A stretch of DNA of 64,000 bases from Phyllobates terribilis (GCF_046119375.1 NW_027362764.1:700352001-700416000); one strand, 5' to 3'; positions 10,651 through 23,229 are shown, counted from the stretch's first letter. A program made the numbers and translations. Notes: generated by a model from the sequence alone, not told the origin.

Positions 10651-11470
10651 AGGGAATCTGTCAGCAGGTTTTTACTAAGTAATATGAGGACAGCATGATG
10701 TAGGGGCTGAGACACAGATTTCAGTGATGTGTCACTTATTAGGCTGTTTGCTGTTTCCATACAGTGATGGTTTTATCACTAGGAGATTTATCACTGCAGA
10801 GAATAGCTCCCTCTTGCCAAGTGGTCCGACCACGCCACTTCATCTGATAAACAGCTTACTGTCAATATACAAAGCTGTGGTGTGGGCAGCTTGTTGAGCG
10901 CTGCTTCATGTTGCATCTAAAAACTTGTGGCACAGCTGCTGCACTCAGTAAATTAAATGATATGTCGCTAGAATTAGGGTCTGTTTTTCTACATTATGCT
11001 GCCGTTAGAAGAAGTAGTAAAAACCTGCTGACAAATTCCGTTCAAGGGAATCTGTCAGCAGGTGTTTGCGATGCAATCTGAGAGCAGAATGATGTAGGAT
11101 CAGAGAGCCCAATACCAGTGATGTGTCGCTTACTTGGCTGCTTGGGGCAGTTTTGAGGAAATTCCTATGTTCATTGCTGTAGATGTAGCGGTGCTCAGAA
11201 CGCCCACACCCCTGATTGGCAAATTCCTGTGTACACTGTTCACTGTCAGCAAGCTGCCAATCAGGGGTTGGGGGCAGGGTTACACAGATCAGCTGGACTG
11301 CCCGACACACCACATCTAGTACTGCAATGATAATCTCCTGCTGATAAAACACAGATAGTATCGAAACTACAGAAAGCTGCTGAGCAAATGATGCATCCCT
11401 GGAATCCGGCTCTCTGCCCCTACATCATGCTGCCTGCTCTCAGATTAAATAGCAAAAACCTTCTGACAAA
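10651..11470. mobile_element. Two adjacent Kolobok T2-MITEs (agggaatctgtcagcagg family) sharing a TTAA-like junction at about 11042-11045
   Basis: TTAA|AGGGAATCTGTCAGCAGG start, matching aaacctgctgaca terminus at about 11021-11033, and an immediate second agggaatctgtcagcagg start. Confidence 0.75.
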
Positions 11471-11650
11471 CTACAAAGTTTCAGCCAACAGTCTACAGTC
11501 ATACAAAACATCATTGGGAAGAACATGGAAAGAGTGGTAGTAGCGAAAGCAGAAGAGGCAAGCACTATATGTAGATTTACATTCGCTGCTAAAGCACTTG
11601 GGGAAATTCACAGCCCAAACAATCTGCTACAGATTTGCCTACAATACTTA

Positions 11651-12499
11651 GGCTGTGTGCCCACGATGCGTTTTAAGAGTTTCTGCAGCGGCAAAAAACG
11701 CTGCAGAAAAGCTTAAAAAAGGCATGGTAGAAGGTCTGCCATGTCCCCCAATGATAATCCGCATGTGCTGTGCACATGCTGCGGAAATTTCCGCTGTGGG
11801 TTATTATTGCAGAAAAAAACGCAGCACTACCAATTATTTTGCGGAAGCGCTGCGTTTTCGCCGCCATTGACTTGCATTGGACCGCATGGAATCCGCATCA
11901 CTGGATCTGTACATGCGGAATCCAAGCGTTTCAATATGCGGATGGTACCCGGGAATGGAAGAGAGGAGACTCTCTTCCGGACCCGGGTACCATAGTACCT
12001 GTAAAAAAAAGAATAAAGTAAAAAATAAATATTATATTTTTCTTCTGATGGCTCCCGGTCTCCTTGTCCTCCCTTGCCGGCAGATCGCGGTGGACTGAAG
12101 GACCTGCGCTGACGTCATTTAGTCATGTAACGGCAGGTCCTTCAGTGTACCGCGAGCTGCCGGCAAGCCAGGACGGAGCGAATAAAGACTCCGGGGGCCA
12201 TCAGAAGGTAAGTATAGATTTATTTTTTACCATTCTTTGGGGTCACACTATATAAAGCCATGCCGGTTGCATTGATTTATATAGTGTGACCAAGTTGTCA
12301 AGCACTTTCCAAGTGATGCTAAAATCGCTTGGAAAGCGCTTGTCAACCCGCATGCGGAAATGCATGTGAAGAACGCTTCACATCCGCATGTCCCTGGCAG
12401 GAAAACGCATGTACAATCCGCATGCTTTTTTTCTGCCAGGGAGATGCAGAAACGCTCAGGAAAAAATCCAGAGCATTTCTGCATCATGGGCACATAGTC
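11651..12499. mobile_element. Non-autonomous PIF/Harbinger element with TTA target duplication
   Basis: TIRs GGCTGTGTGCCCACGATGC / GCATCATGGGCACATAGTC. TTA flanks at 11648-11650 and 12500-12502. Central palindrome. Confidence 0.85.
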
Positions 12500-13007
12500 T
12501 TACAGTCGAGGCGGAGGCACCATAAAGGGAGTCGGTCACACATCACAGTACAGCACATTAAGGAGATTATATACAGTATTACCAGGATAGATTTAGTATT
12601 TTTTTGTATACTAAAGTACATTCAAGTAACGCATGCAATATACATACGTTTTGTACAAGCAAATGCAAAAATAACATGGAAAAATAAAAATCAACTGATT
12701 CTACTGGGAGTCCGTCTGATTCTAGTGAGGGTCAGGGAAACCCAAGAAATGGGTTTGTTAAGACACAGGGAAAATCCTAAGAAAAAAACTAAGCAGTTAA
12801 GGGGAATAGACTCTCTTTAAGAGTGTAAACCCTCTGCGACATATTCAGTGCAGGTATACTCTTCTTAAAGGGGTTGGCCGGTTCAGACCAATAAGTCTGC
12901 AGTCACTCTGTGTGACAGCAGACTTATGTCAGGACCAGAGGGTATGTATGACTTGTACTTCCAGCCACTTGTACTGAGCGAGGCCACGCCCCATCTAGTG
13001 CACTTAA

Positions 13008-13623
13008 AGGGAACCTGTCACTGTGAAAATGCAGTCCAATCTGCAGGCATCATGTTATAGATAAGGATAAGGGTGTAACCAGCTCAGGCATCCGGAGTCC
13101 AGAGGTACAGAAGACATTCTGGCCAAACGCACAATAAGAAGTAGAAAGGAAGGAATATTCCAGCTTCTGGTAAGTGTAAAATTCAAAAAAATTTATTCAA
13201 ACGTGATAAAATTCAATAATATATTTTAAACGGGGAGCAAGGTGTGGCATGCCATGGCGACGCGTTTCAAACGCTAACTGCGTTCTTCTTCCTGCTAGAG
13301 CAAGGGGAGCTGAGTAGATTGATATATAGTTTTGTGAGAAGAGAGTCAGTACAACCAGAGTTTTAGTAATCTAAATTTCTGCGATTTTGGGTCCAGTGGA
13401 CGGTCGTATCAGTGACTTACAGCTATTTTTACATGCACTCTTATACAAAGCAAACTGTCAGTCACCTATAGGACCACCTACTGGACCTAAAATCCCAGAA
13501 ACAGTGGAGATTTAGATCAAAACAGGTTATCTTTCCTCACAAAACTATACATCACTACTCCGCTCCCCCTGTTCTATAACATGGTGCCTACAGATAGGAC
13601 TGCATTTTCATGATAGGTTCCCT
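13008..13623. mobile_element. Kolobok T2-MITE (agggaacctgtca family) interrupted by a Penelope-like insert
   Basis: TTAA|AGGGAACCTGTCA...TGATAGGTTCCCT|TTAA, with a foreign insert at 13061-13298. Confidence 0.8.
13061..13298 (-). mobile_element. Penelope-like terminal fragment with a truncated hammerhead motif
   Basis: Minus strand reads GGAAGAAG-AACGC-AGTTA-GCGTT-TGAAACGCGTC, followed by an AATAAA-containing tail. It sits inside a MITE. Confidence 0.55.
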
Positions 13624-13707
13624 TTAAAATGTTTGGCCAAACCAAGCGTGCACCAAGCACCTGTACTTGGTTTGAACAGTCATTCTGTGCTGACACACAC
13701 CCTTTAA

Positions 13708-14907
13708 CCCCTTACTGGCCTGTGGCGTATTAGTACGCCCCAGGCCATCACCCCCGGTTCAGCACGAGCTCCGGTGTTGAGTCCGCAGTGAACTGGGCAC
13801 ATGTCAGCTGATTATTACAGCTGACATCTGCCTGCAATAGCCGCGAATGGAATCGCGATCCACCCGCGGCTGTTAACCAGTTAAATGCCACTGTCAATCT
13901 CTGACAGCGGCATTTAACAACGCCGCACCGAAGAGCGGCATTAGCCCCGCCCATTAGTGACCACGTCACGTGATCGCGGGTCATCGATGGGTGGGCATGA
14001 CAACCTGGGGTCCGGAGCAGACCCATGTGGTTGTCATGTCTCGCTTGCTGTGAGTGCCACCCAGTGGTCGGCGCTCATAGCAAGTGAGCATTTCTGCTAC
14101 ACAGAATCGCCTCTGTGTAACAGAGGCGATCAGATAACTGCAGCTTTTAGTCTCCTATGGAGACTAGTGAAGCCTGCAGAAAGTGGAAAAAAATGTTTTG
14201 TTTTTTTTAAATAAAAGTTTAAATCACCCCCCTTTTGTCCCATTCAAAAAAAAAAAAAACAACCCACATACACATTTGTTATTGCCACGTTTAGAACCGC
14301 CCAATCAATATAAAAAAAGAATTAAGCCGATCAGTAAACGGCGTAACGAGAAAAAAAATTCTAAACGCCAGAATTTTGTTTTTTTTGGGTCGTCACAACA
14401 ATGAAATAAAATGTATTAACGGGCGATCAAAACATCACATCTGCCCCAAAATAGTATCAATAAAAACGTCAGCTTGACGCGCAAAAAATAAGCCCTCACC
14501 CGGCCCCAGATCCTTAAAAATGGCGTTTTTTTTAAAGCAAACTTTGGATTTTTTTCACCACTTAAAAAATAACCCATACATGTTTGGTGTCTACGAACTT
14601 GTAATGACCTGGAGAATAAATAATGGAAGGTCAGTTTTAGCGATCAGTGAACGTGGTAAAAAACAACCGTGGAATTGCATTTTTTTTTTTTTTTTTTTTG
14701 CAATTTCACCGCACTTGGAATTTTTTTCCCGTTTTCCAGTACACGATATGGTAAAACCAATGATGGCGTTTAAAAGTACAAATTGTCTTGCAAAAAATAA
14801 GCCCTCACATGGCCATACTGACCGAAAAATAAAAAGGCTATGGCTTTTGGAAGAAGGGGAGCAAAAAACGAAAACATAAAAATGGAAAATGCTCTGTCAT
14901 TAAGGGG
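13708..14907. mobile_element. Non-autonomous piggyBac-type element, 1.2 kb
   Basis: TTAA|CCCCTTA...TAAGGGG|TTAA termini (TTAA at 13704-13707 and 14908-14911). No transposase ORF. Confidence 0.85.
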
Positions 14908-15903
14908 TTAAAAGAGGAATTGAGAGTTTCCACTCCAAAAACCTCTTCGAAAGACTGGGTATACCATGAGGTGCCTCCCCCTCCACTGCCAAAGTTTGTA
15001 CTCCCATTGCATAGTTATAAAGATTTCAAAACGGCATAGAATAACAAAAAAAATGCAACATTTAATTACTCATTAAAGGGAACCTGTCAGGTCAGATAAA
15101 TGTGCGGTGGGTCCCTGGTTGTCTTCTCTTGTGATTACTCATTTTACCTATATCGCCATACTCGATCCCCCATTGCTCCACCCCACACTCCCCATTTACC
15201 TTACACATGTCTATATTGGGGTCTTTTGTGGTGATTGATACTATTTGACTGTATGCATTAAGATATCCAGGTTATTCATTTACATATTAAAAGAGGCAGC
15301 TTATTTTTCATTACACTTTCCAGGTGACTTTGCTTAGCCTCACTTGTGTTGTCTGAATACTTACGTTATTTGACTTTTTACATTTGAATAAAGGGATATT
15401 TTTGTATATTTTTTGGCTTGCATTTTCTTTATTAGTGGTGTTGCTCTGAATGATGCATATGATCCTTATTACATGGATGGTGGCTGTAAGGGGTTTAATG
15501 CTATTAACCGGAAGATTAACCAACATGTGAAAGAGCCCTAATAGCGTTATCCAACCCGACAGATTCTCTTTAAAAGAAACTTCCAGTAAAAAGGCAAGTC
15601 CACAGGTATATATCAGCGGCAGAGAATCCACCAAGCTGTGTGTATTTTTTTTGCAGGTGGTGGGGAATAAAAATGACTATTCAAATTAACAATCCCCCAA
15701 GCACTGCTGAGGAATTGCAAAGACAAGTATATGGCTTTTTTTTTCTTCTTTTTTTGGAACAAGCACTTGCATCGATCCAATATCAAAGACTTGTGATAGG
15801 GTTGCCCCCTATTTACACGTTAAGGACTGATAACTGAAGAGGGTGGTGATGGAAAATGACTGTAGGGACCACCAGCAATCTGAGATCAGGGTTCTCTATA
15901 AAG

Positions 15904-16165
15904 CAGGGCTGTGGAGTCGGTAAGCCAAAATTCCGACTCAATGACTCCCTCCTACATGGCTCATGTTTAAGTGATAAGTTTACTCTAGCACAGATTCATC
16001 TCAGCTAACAGTCTAGACCCTTAGATCAGGAATAGGACATTTCATAACTTTCCCAAATTCTTATGAAAAAATACTCCCCACAAACTGCATTGAACTACTG
16101 TACCCAATTTATTATATATTTTAGGAGTCGGTACATTTTATGACGACTCCACCTCTACAGCCCTG
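15904..16165. mobile_element. hAT MITE (CAGGGCTGTGGAGTCGG TIR family), copy 1
   Basis: TIRs present. 8-bp TSD CTATAAAG/CTGTAAAG. Confidence 0.85.
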
Positions 16166-16650
16166 CTGTAAAGCCCGGTCTTGAATGAATGGTGAATCAG
16201 ATGCACATGCTGACCCTGCACACCATTCACAGTCTGTCGGCCGAAGAAAGAGCACAGTGCTCCGCTATTTACAGCAGTCTCATTGACAATGAATGGGGTG
16301 ATCGTTGATTGTCTGCATCCTCACTCTATCCTAATAGGAGGAGATGGCGTCTGAAAACTGGGACGCCTATTGAGGTGTAAGTAATCACTTACGGATATAG
16401 GCGATACGTTATGTTCATCAGACGACCCCTATAAGAATACGTCTTCAATATTAAGTAACCCCCTTCGTCTGACATGAGCGTTCATTCTACTCTTGGGCAG
16501 TGGCCCCTCATTTCCACACTGACCACTTGGAGACGCTAACGTGATGACTATCGGGAGCCCAGCAAGCATCTGTCCTATCCTAATGGCCAGTAAGGAGCGC
16601 CCAACCACTCTATACCAGCCGTTCGGCACCGGACAGGTGCAGAATGAGGG

Positions 16651-18678
16651 CCAATGTGGCCGTTCTATCACCCCCCCCATAGGGTGGTACCGGCCAATGT
16701 GGCCGTCCTGTCACCACCCCCCCCACAGGGTGGTACCCGCCAATGTGGCCATCCTGTCACCACCCCCCCCACAGGGTGGTACCCGCCAATGTGGCCGTCC
16801 TGTCACTACCCCACCCCCCCACAGGGTGGTACCCGCCAATGTGGCCGTCCTGTCACCACCCCCCCCCCCCCCACAGGGTGGTACCCGCCAATGTGGCCGT
16901 CCTGTCACCCCCCCCCACCACAGGGTGGTACCCGCCAATGTGGCCGTCCTGTCACCACCCCCTCCCCCACAGGGTGGTACCCGCCAATGTGGCCGTCCTG
17001 TCACCACCCCCCCCCACAGGGTGGTACCCGCCAATGTGGCCGTCCTGTCACCACCCCCCCCCCACAGGGGGGTACCCGCCAATGTGGCCGTCCTGTCACC
17101 CCCCCCCCCACAGGGGGGTACCCGCCAATGTGGCCGTCCTGTCACCCCCCCCCCCACAGGGTGGTACCCGCCAATGTGGCCGTCCTGTCACCCCCCCCCA
17201 CAGGGTGGTACCCGCCAATGTGGCCGTCCTGTCACCACCCCCCCCCACAGGGTGGTGCCCGCCAATGTGGCCGTCCTGTCACCACCCCCCCCACAGGGTG
17301 GTGCCCGCCAATGTGGCCGTCCTGTCACCACCCCCCCCCCACAGGGTGGTGCCCGCCAATGTGGCCGTCCTGTCACCACCCCACCAATGTGGCTGTCCTG
17401 TCACCACCCCCCCCCCCCCCCACAGGGTGGTACCCACCAATGTGGCCGTCCTGTCACCACCCCCCCCCACAGGGTGGTACCCGCCAATGTGGCCGTCCTG
17501 TCACCACCCCCCCCCACAGGGTGGTACCCGCCAATGTGGCCGTCCTGTCACCACCCCCCCCCACAGGGTGGTACCCGCCAATGTGGCCGTCCTGTCACCA
17601 CCCCCCCCCCCACAGGGTGGTACCCGCCAATGTGGCCGTCCTGTCACCACCCCCCCCCCCACAGGGTGGTACCCGCCAATGTGGCCGTCCTGTCACCACC
17701 CCCCCCCCCACAGGGTGGTACCCGCCAATGTGGCCGTCCTGTCACCACCCCCCCCCCCACAAGGGTGGTACCCGCCAATGTGGCCGTCCTGTCACCACCC
17801 CCCCCCCCACAAGGGTGGTACCCGCCAATGTGGCCGTCCTGTCACCACCCCCCCCCCACAGGGTGGTACCCGCCAATGTGGCCGTCCTGTCACCACCCCC
17901 CCCCCCCCACAGGGTGGTACCCGCCAATGTGGCCGTCCTGTCACCACCACCCCCCCCACAGGGTGGTACCCGCCAATGTGGCCGTCCTGTCACCACCCCC
18001 CCCCCCCACAGGGTGGTACCCGCCAATGTGGCCGTCCTGTCACCACCCCCCCCCCCCCCACAGGGTGGTACCCGCCAATGTGGCCGTCCTGTCACCACCC
18101 CCCCCCCACAGGGTGGTACCCGCCAATGTGGCCGTCCTGTCACCACCCCCCCCCCCACAGGGTGGTACCCGCCAATGTGGCCGTCCTGTCACCACCCCCC
18201 CCCCCCCACAGGGTGGTACCCGCCAATGTGGCCGTCCTGTCACCACCACCCCCCCCACAGGGTGGTACCCGCCAATGTGGCCGTCCTGTCACCACCCCCC
18301 CCCCCCCACAGGGTGGTACCCGCCAATGTGGCCGTCCTGTCACCACCCCCCACAGGGTGGTACCCGCCAATGTGGCCGTCCTGTCACCACCCCCCCCCCC
18401 CCCCCCCACAGGGTGGTACAAGCCAATGTGGCCGTCCTGTCACCACCCCCCCACAGGGTGGTACAAGCCAATGTGGCCGTCCTGTCACCACCCCCCCCCC
18501 CACAGGGTGGTACAAGCCAATGTGGCCGTCCTGTCACCACCCCCCCCCCCCAGGGTGGTACAAGCCAATGTGGCCGTCCTGTCACCACCCCCCCACAGGG
18601 TGGTACCCGCCAATGTGGCCGTCCTGTCCCCACCCCCCCATAGGGTGGTACCCGCCAATGTGGCCGTCCTGTCCCCAC
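16651..18678. repeat. Minisatellite, about 42 units of about 48-52 bp: ACAGGGTGGTACCCGCCAATGTGGCCGTCCTGTCACCA + variable poly-C
   Basis: Units counted by eye. Local variant sub-arrays: GGTGCC at 17250-17355 and TACAAGCC at 18410-18570. One internally deleted unit at about 17380. Confidence 0.97.
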
Positions 18679-19328
18679 ATACAGTGCCCGCCATCGCCTG
18701 CACATCTCTGGGGCGACGCGCTGACAATAAGGATTCTTAAGAGAGTGCCACGTAGCCTCTTTTCTACTTGGAATAAGGATTTTTCTGACATAGATCCGTG
18801 CTTTCGCCAGGTGATTGGGGTAACCGGGCTCGTGTAAGAGGCCAGAAGGGAGGCACGTGGCAGCCGGCCATTAATGTGAACGCATCCATATAATAAAAGA
18901 GCGCAACACCTGGCGAGCGTCGCCATGACAACAGCGCACATAGTACTCACCAACCGTCCGATGGTCACTATGTCAGCGCCTCTAGGTGCCAGATAAGGCG
19001 ATATAGGCAAAAAAAAAAAAAAGAAGTCCTCTAGAAATGGTAAAAGACGTGTCAGCAAGACAGGAAAGGAGCACAACTATGGGGATTGCTGTTAGAGTAT
19101 CACTACAAGTCCCAGCACAGCTCTCCAGCCACTACCACAGCAGCTAAAAGGCACCAAACACCGAGTACATGAGAAAACGCCACAGGACAGCGCCTCTCAG
19201 AGCTCCGCGCCGGCCCCAGCTGGGAAACAGGCCGCGAAGACTCCGATAACCCCCACACCACCCCCCGGTGCCTCAGAGACCCCCTCCCGCCAGCTGAGCC
19301 AGTGCACCAATAAGTAGCTCGTATTTAC

Positions 19329-19783
19329 CAAATCTCACACCCAGCAACGAAAACAGCGGCCGCCGACCCGAAATTGAAGAGCTTCTAAAATGGCGTCTGC
19401 ACGCTGCTCCGTCCTTGTGGAAAGTCTGGGGCTGAAGCGCCAGTGACGTCACTACTCAGCTATAAGCGTCGCTGACCAGGACGCAGACATTTTGATGGTT
19501 GGCTTCAGTCATTTACTGTGAACGGATAACTCTACTTATGCAGACTATAACAGTCGCATTTCGTTTATTTCTTTCTTTTTTTTGTCTGTAGGGGAAATAG
19601 AAGCCACGGGGGTTTGTTTTTTTTTATTTTTTTTTCCGGGCCTGCGAAACGAGGTGGTGCCCATGCGCAGTTATGAGAGCGCGCAGCATGCTGCCGCCAT
19701 TTTGCTCAGACGTCGTTAGTGACCAGAGCAGCTGAGGGGCCTCCGCCGAGAGCGGAGACCGGACCTGTGCTGTGCAGCTCACG
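19329..19783. promoter_or_regulatory. CpG-rich bidirectional promoter with the non-coding first exons of both RBM12B paralogues
   Basis: CpG/GC-rich unique sequence. YY1-type motifs point outward on both sides (AAAATGGCGTC 19387-19397; GCCGCCATTTTG 19693-19704). Also CRE TGACGTCA at 19444-19451, NRF1-like GCCCATGCGCA at 19659-19669, and central T-tracts. Donors: minus TTG|GTAAAT (GT at 19328-19327) and plus ACG|GTGAGT (19784-19789). Confidence 0.75.
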
Positions 19784-20257
19784 GTGAGTATGCATAGTGT
19801 TATCATCGTGAGGAGGAGCTCGGTGCGGCCTGCAGCTATTGTCCGGGGCACCGCATGCATTTCCTAGCCTTCTCAATACCACAGCCCCGGTCTGCACGAC
19901 ACACTACAAAGCCTGAACGTAAAGGAATTCTTCACCTTCGGGGACAATTGTCTATAAACTTAATTGCACTTATCTGGGGAGAAAAATAATTTTTGCTATT
20001 GGTTTTTATAAAAATGTTTGCTCCTATAGCCTCTGTGTTACACTGTCTATTGCTGGATGCAGAATGAGGTAACTAAGGATCTAACAGTGAGCTAATTTTG
20101 GCAAAACAAGTCTGATTTTTTTTATTTTTTTTGTCTTTTTTCAGAGCTCCTCTCAGTGGCTTCATGACCACATTAAATATGGAAGTGTAGGAAACAGTCA
20201 TTAATGCAAAAAACTGCAACATTTTTACTGAAACCCAATTGCAAAAATAATAACCTA

Positions 20258-20493
20258 TTTTTCTATAGAGCCAACATATTCTGCAGCGCATTACATACAT
20301 TATCATCACTGTCCCCATTGGATCTCACAATCTACATTCCCTATCAGTATGGTCTTTGGAGTGTGGGAGGAAACTTAAGCAAACACAGGGAGAACATACA
20401 GACTCCTTGCAGATGTGTCCTTGGTGGGATTTGAACCCAGGACCCCAGCGCTGCAAGGCTGCAGTGCTAACCACTGAACCACCGTGCTACCCC
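20258..20493 (-). mobile_element. tRNA-derived V-SINE-like element (small internal deletion)
   Basis: Minus strand has A box TGGTTCAGTGGTTAGC, B box GGTTCAAATCC, the V-domain tgtatgttctccctgtgtttgc, and an L2-like tail. Confidence 0.8.
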
Positions 20494-20580
20494 TAAAATG
20501 AAATTTAGCCTGAACTACATTCATTTAAAGGGGTTGTACTGGGACAACCCTTAACTACTTCTGGACTACCCATAGACTTT

Positions 20581-21002
20581 GAAGAGAACTTGTCATGTCC
20601 CAAAACTCTTATTAACCTGCAGATATGGAGTTAATAGCGCTGTAAAGCCGTGCAGCCACCACACTGAAGGCTCATCTACTAGGAGGAAATTAACTTTATT
20701 CCTCCGGGCAGCCAAGGGCTTTCATTCATAGAGGCGCGGCTTCAGTCACTCAATGCTCAGTGAGTGAACGGTGGCTGTAACTGCCCCCTTGCACTGACTG
20801 TCGGCTCGGCCCTGAGCAATGAGTGACTGAAGCCGCGCTGACCACGTCTCTATGAATGAAAGCCCTTGGCTGCTGGGAGGAATAAAGTTAATTTCCTCCC
20901 AGAGTTCAGTGCGGCGCCCACGCAGCTTCATAATGCTATTAACCTGCAGATTGACCCCATATCTGCAGGTCAGTGACTCTTGAGGATGTAACAGGTTGCC
21001 TT
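20581..21002. mobile_element. Palindromic T2-type MITE (tgtcatgtcccc family); another copy at 35662-35935
   Basis: Long internal inverted repeat (gcagccaagggctttcattcatagag / ctctatgaatgaaagcccttggctgc). Ends in ggttgcc-TTTTAA. Confidence 0.7.
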
Positions 21003-21007
21003 TTAAC

Positions 21008-21299
21008 CAGGGCTGTGGAGTCTGTAAGCCAAACCTCCGACTCCTCAATTTCCCAGGCTCCGACTGCACATCCCTGCCTCACTACTGAGCGTGTATATAA
21101 AGTGCAGCACAGATTCATCTCAACTAAAAGCCAAGACCCTTAGATCAGGAACAGAACAAACATTTATAGGACATTTCATAACTTTCCCAAATTCTTATGA
21201 AAACATTTACAGCACATCCTGCATTGTACTACTGTACCCAATGTATTATATATTTTAGGAGTCGGTCCATTTTATACCGACTCCAACTAAACAGCCCTG
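21008..21299. mobile_element. hAT MITE copy 2
   Basis: CAGGGCTGTGGAGTC...CAGCCCTG. TSD CTTTTAAC/CTTTAAAC. Confidence 0.85.
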
Positions 21300-22649
21300 C
21301 TTTAAACGTCTCGACAGTCTGGCTCCTACTCTGCATTGATGTTGTAAAGCGTCCCTGCATAGTAGAGCTGCTACCCGTGATTGTGCGACTAGGGATCAGG
21401 CTGTCTGAAACAACCAGAGTCCCTATAGAGAAGGCACAGGAGGTTTATTATCGTCTGTGCCTTCTTCATCACTATACACAGTGCTAAACAAGCTCTGTAT
21501 GCAGTAATGGGAAGCGCTGACATCACTTCCTCCACCATACACAGCAGTCATGTGATCACTGTGTATAGGGAGGGAGCAGGAGCTGCTGGGTCATAGGAGA
21601 CTCGGACAGCTCTGCTATGCAGCCAGAAGGCTGAATGTCCCCTGTAACTGGGGGTAATAGACCAGCTACAGTTACAAGGTAAATAGGATGAAGATAAAGA
21701 TTTAAATATTGAAATTCCTCTCCCCTAACAAAGGTCTTTTATGATCTGATGGGGGTAAAATGTTTGAAATAAATGAAGAATAAAAAAAAATAAAGTGCCA
21801 CTGTAAGTCCAAATTGCTGTTAATTAGCTCTGGCCCTGTAAAAACAAAAAAAAGTGCCCGATATATAACAATAATTGTTACAGAAAGGGGAACACATTTT
21901 TAAATTATATATTTTAAAGGTTTTTTGTAGTCTTTAAAAAAATGGGAATAAAAGTAATTAAATTTCCTTATTTTTCCACTGATTTTTGCTAGATATCAGC
22001 AAAAAAAAGACAATGTGACATAAAAATGAAGCCCCACATGTGAAAAAAAGAGGCAAAAACCACTTGAATATCCGAACGCGAAAATATTGTAAAGCTTTTT
22101 AAACCACTTGTACGATAAAACAAAACTGAATATGTGCCTGGTCAGGGACTGGTTAAACGGGCCCGGTCTTGAACTGGTTGCATATATTTTTTTCACCTTG
22201 TAAAAGAATTTATGCTCTCCTCCCGTACCGGCACCATTCCAACATTGTTGGTGCTGGGTCTCCCAAGGCTCATGTGACGTTGTTATAGCATGTGAGATGT
22301 GCGGCTCATGGGCTGCAGTGCTCGCACCTCCCCCAGTCGTCTGAAGGAAGTGAGGGCACCGCAGCCTAATATTATTGGCCACAGGGCTCACGTGACATAG
22401 TGTCATGCAAGCCTTGGGCTCTGACATCGCTGGAATGATGCCAATAATAGAGGTGAGTTCAGGGTATTTTTATTTACAAGGTGGAATATAGTATTTAAAG
22501 GAGTTGCCATAGTAGTGGCATAACCCTCTTTTTTTTTTTTTTTTTTTTTTAAGAATAGTCCTTAATAGTGGACAAGAGGTATAATAGGTTTCCTGGGCAT
22601 TCTATACATGTTATGAACATAAATCCCATATAAAAATATGCGTTTTGAG

Positions 22650-22902
22650 CAGGGCTTTGGAGTCTGTATAAAATGGACCGACTCCTAAAATATGTGCTGT
22701 AAATGTTTTCATAATTATTTTGGAAAATTATGAAAGGTCCTATAAATGTCTGTTCTGTTCCTGATCTAAGGATCTCGGCTTTTAGTTGAAATCAATCTGT
22801 GCTGCACTTCACATACAAGCTCAGTAGTGAGGCAGGGCTGGGGATTCGGAAGTCGGGGAAATTGAGGAGACGGTGGTTTGGCTTACCGACTCCACAACCC
22901 TG
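22650..22902. mobile_element. hAT MITE copy 3 (inverted orientation)
   Basis: TIRs present. Perfect 8-bp TSD GTTTTGAG. Confidence 0.88.
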
Positions 22903-22922
22903 GTTTTGAGTATCCTTTTAGG

Positions 22923-23229
22923 CAGGGCTGTGGAGTCGGTATAAAATGGACAGACTCCTAAAATATATAATAAATTAGGTACAGTAGTTCAATGCAGTTT
23001 GTGGGGAATATTTTTCTCATAAGAATTTGGGAAAGTTATGAAATGTCCTATAAATGTCTGTCCTATTCTTGATCTAAGGGTCTAGACTTTTAGCTGAGAT
23101 GAATCTGTACTACAGTAAATTTATCCCTTAAACATGAGCCATGTATGGGGGAGTCGTGGAGTCAGAGTTGGAGTCGGTGACATTGAAATTGAGGAGTCGG
23201 AGGTTTGGCTTCACGTCTCCACAGCCCTG
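22923..23229. mobile_element. hAT MITE copy 4 (inverted orientation), 20 bp from copy 3
   Basis: CAGGGCTGTGGAGTCGG...CCACAGCCCTG. No clean TSD. Confidence 0.8.

Noticed and set aside
16651-18678. CRISPR-like appearance of the repeat array
   Set aside because: The inter-repeat segments are only poly-C with no unique spacers, there are no cas genes, and the DNA is vertebrate.
16541-18837. Three overlapping 665-727 aa plus-strand ORFs
   Set aside because: Artefacts of a repeat unit with no stop codon in any plus frame. The frames interchange at each variable C-run, and the region is antisense intron.
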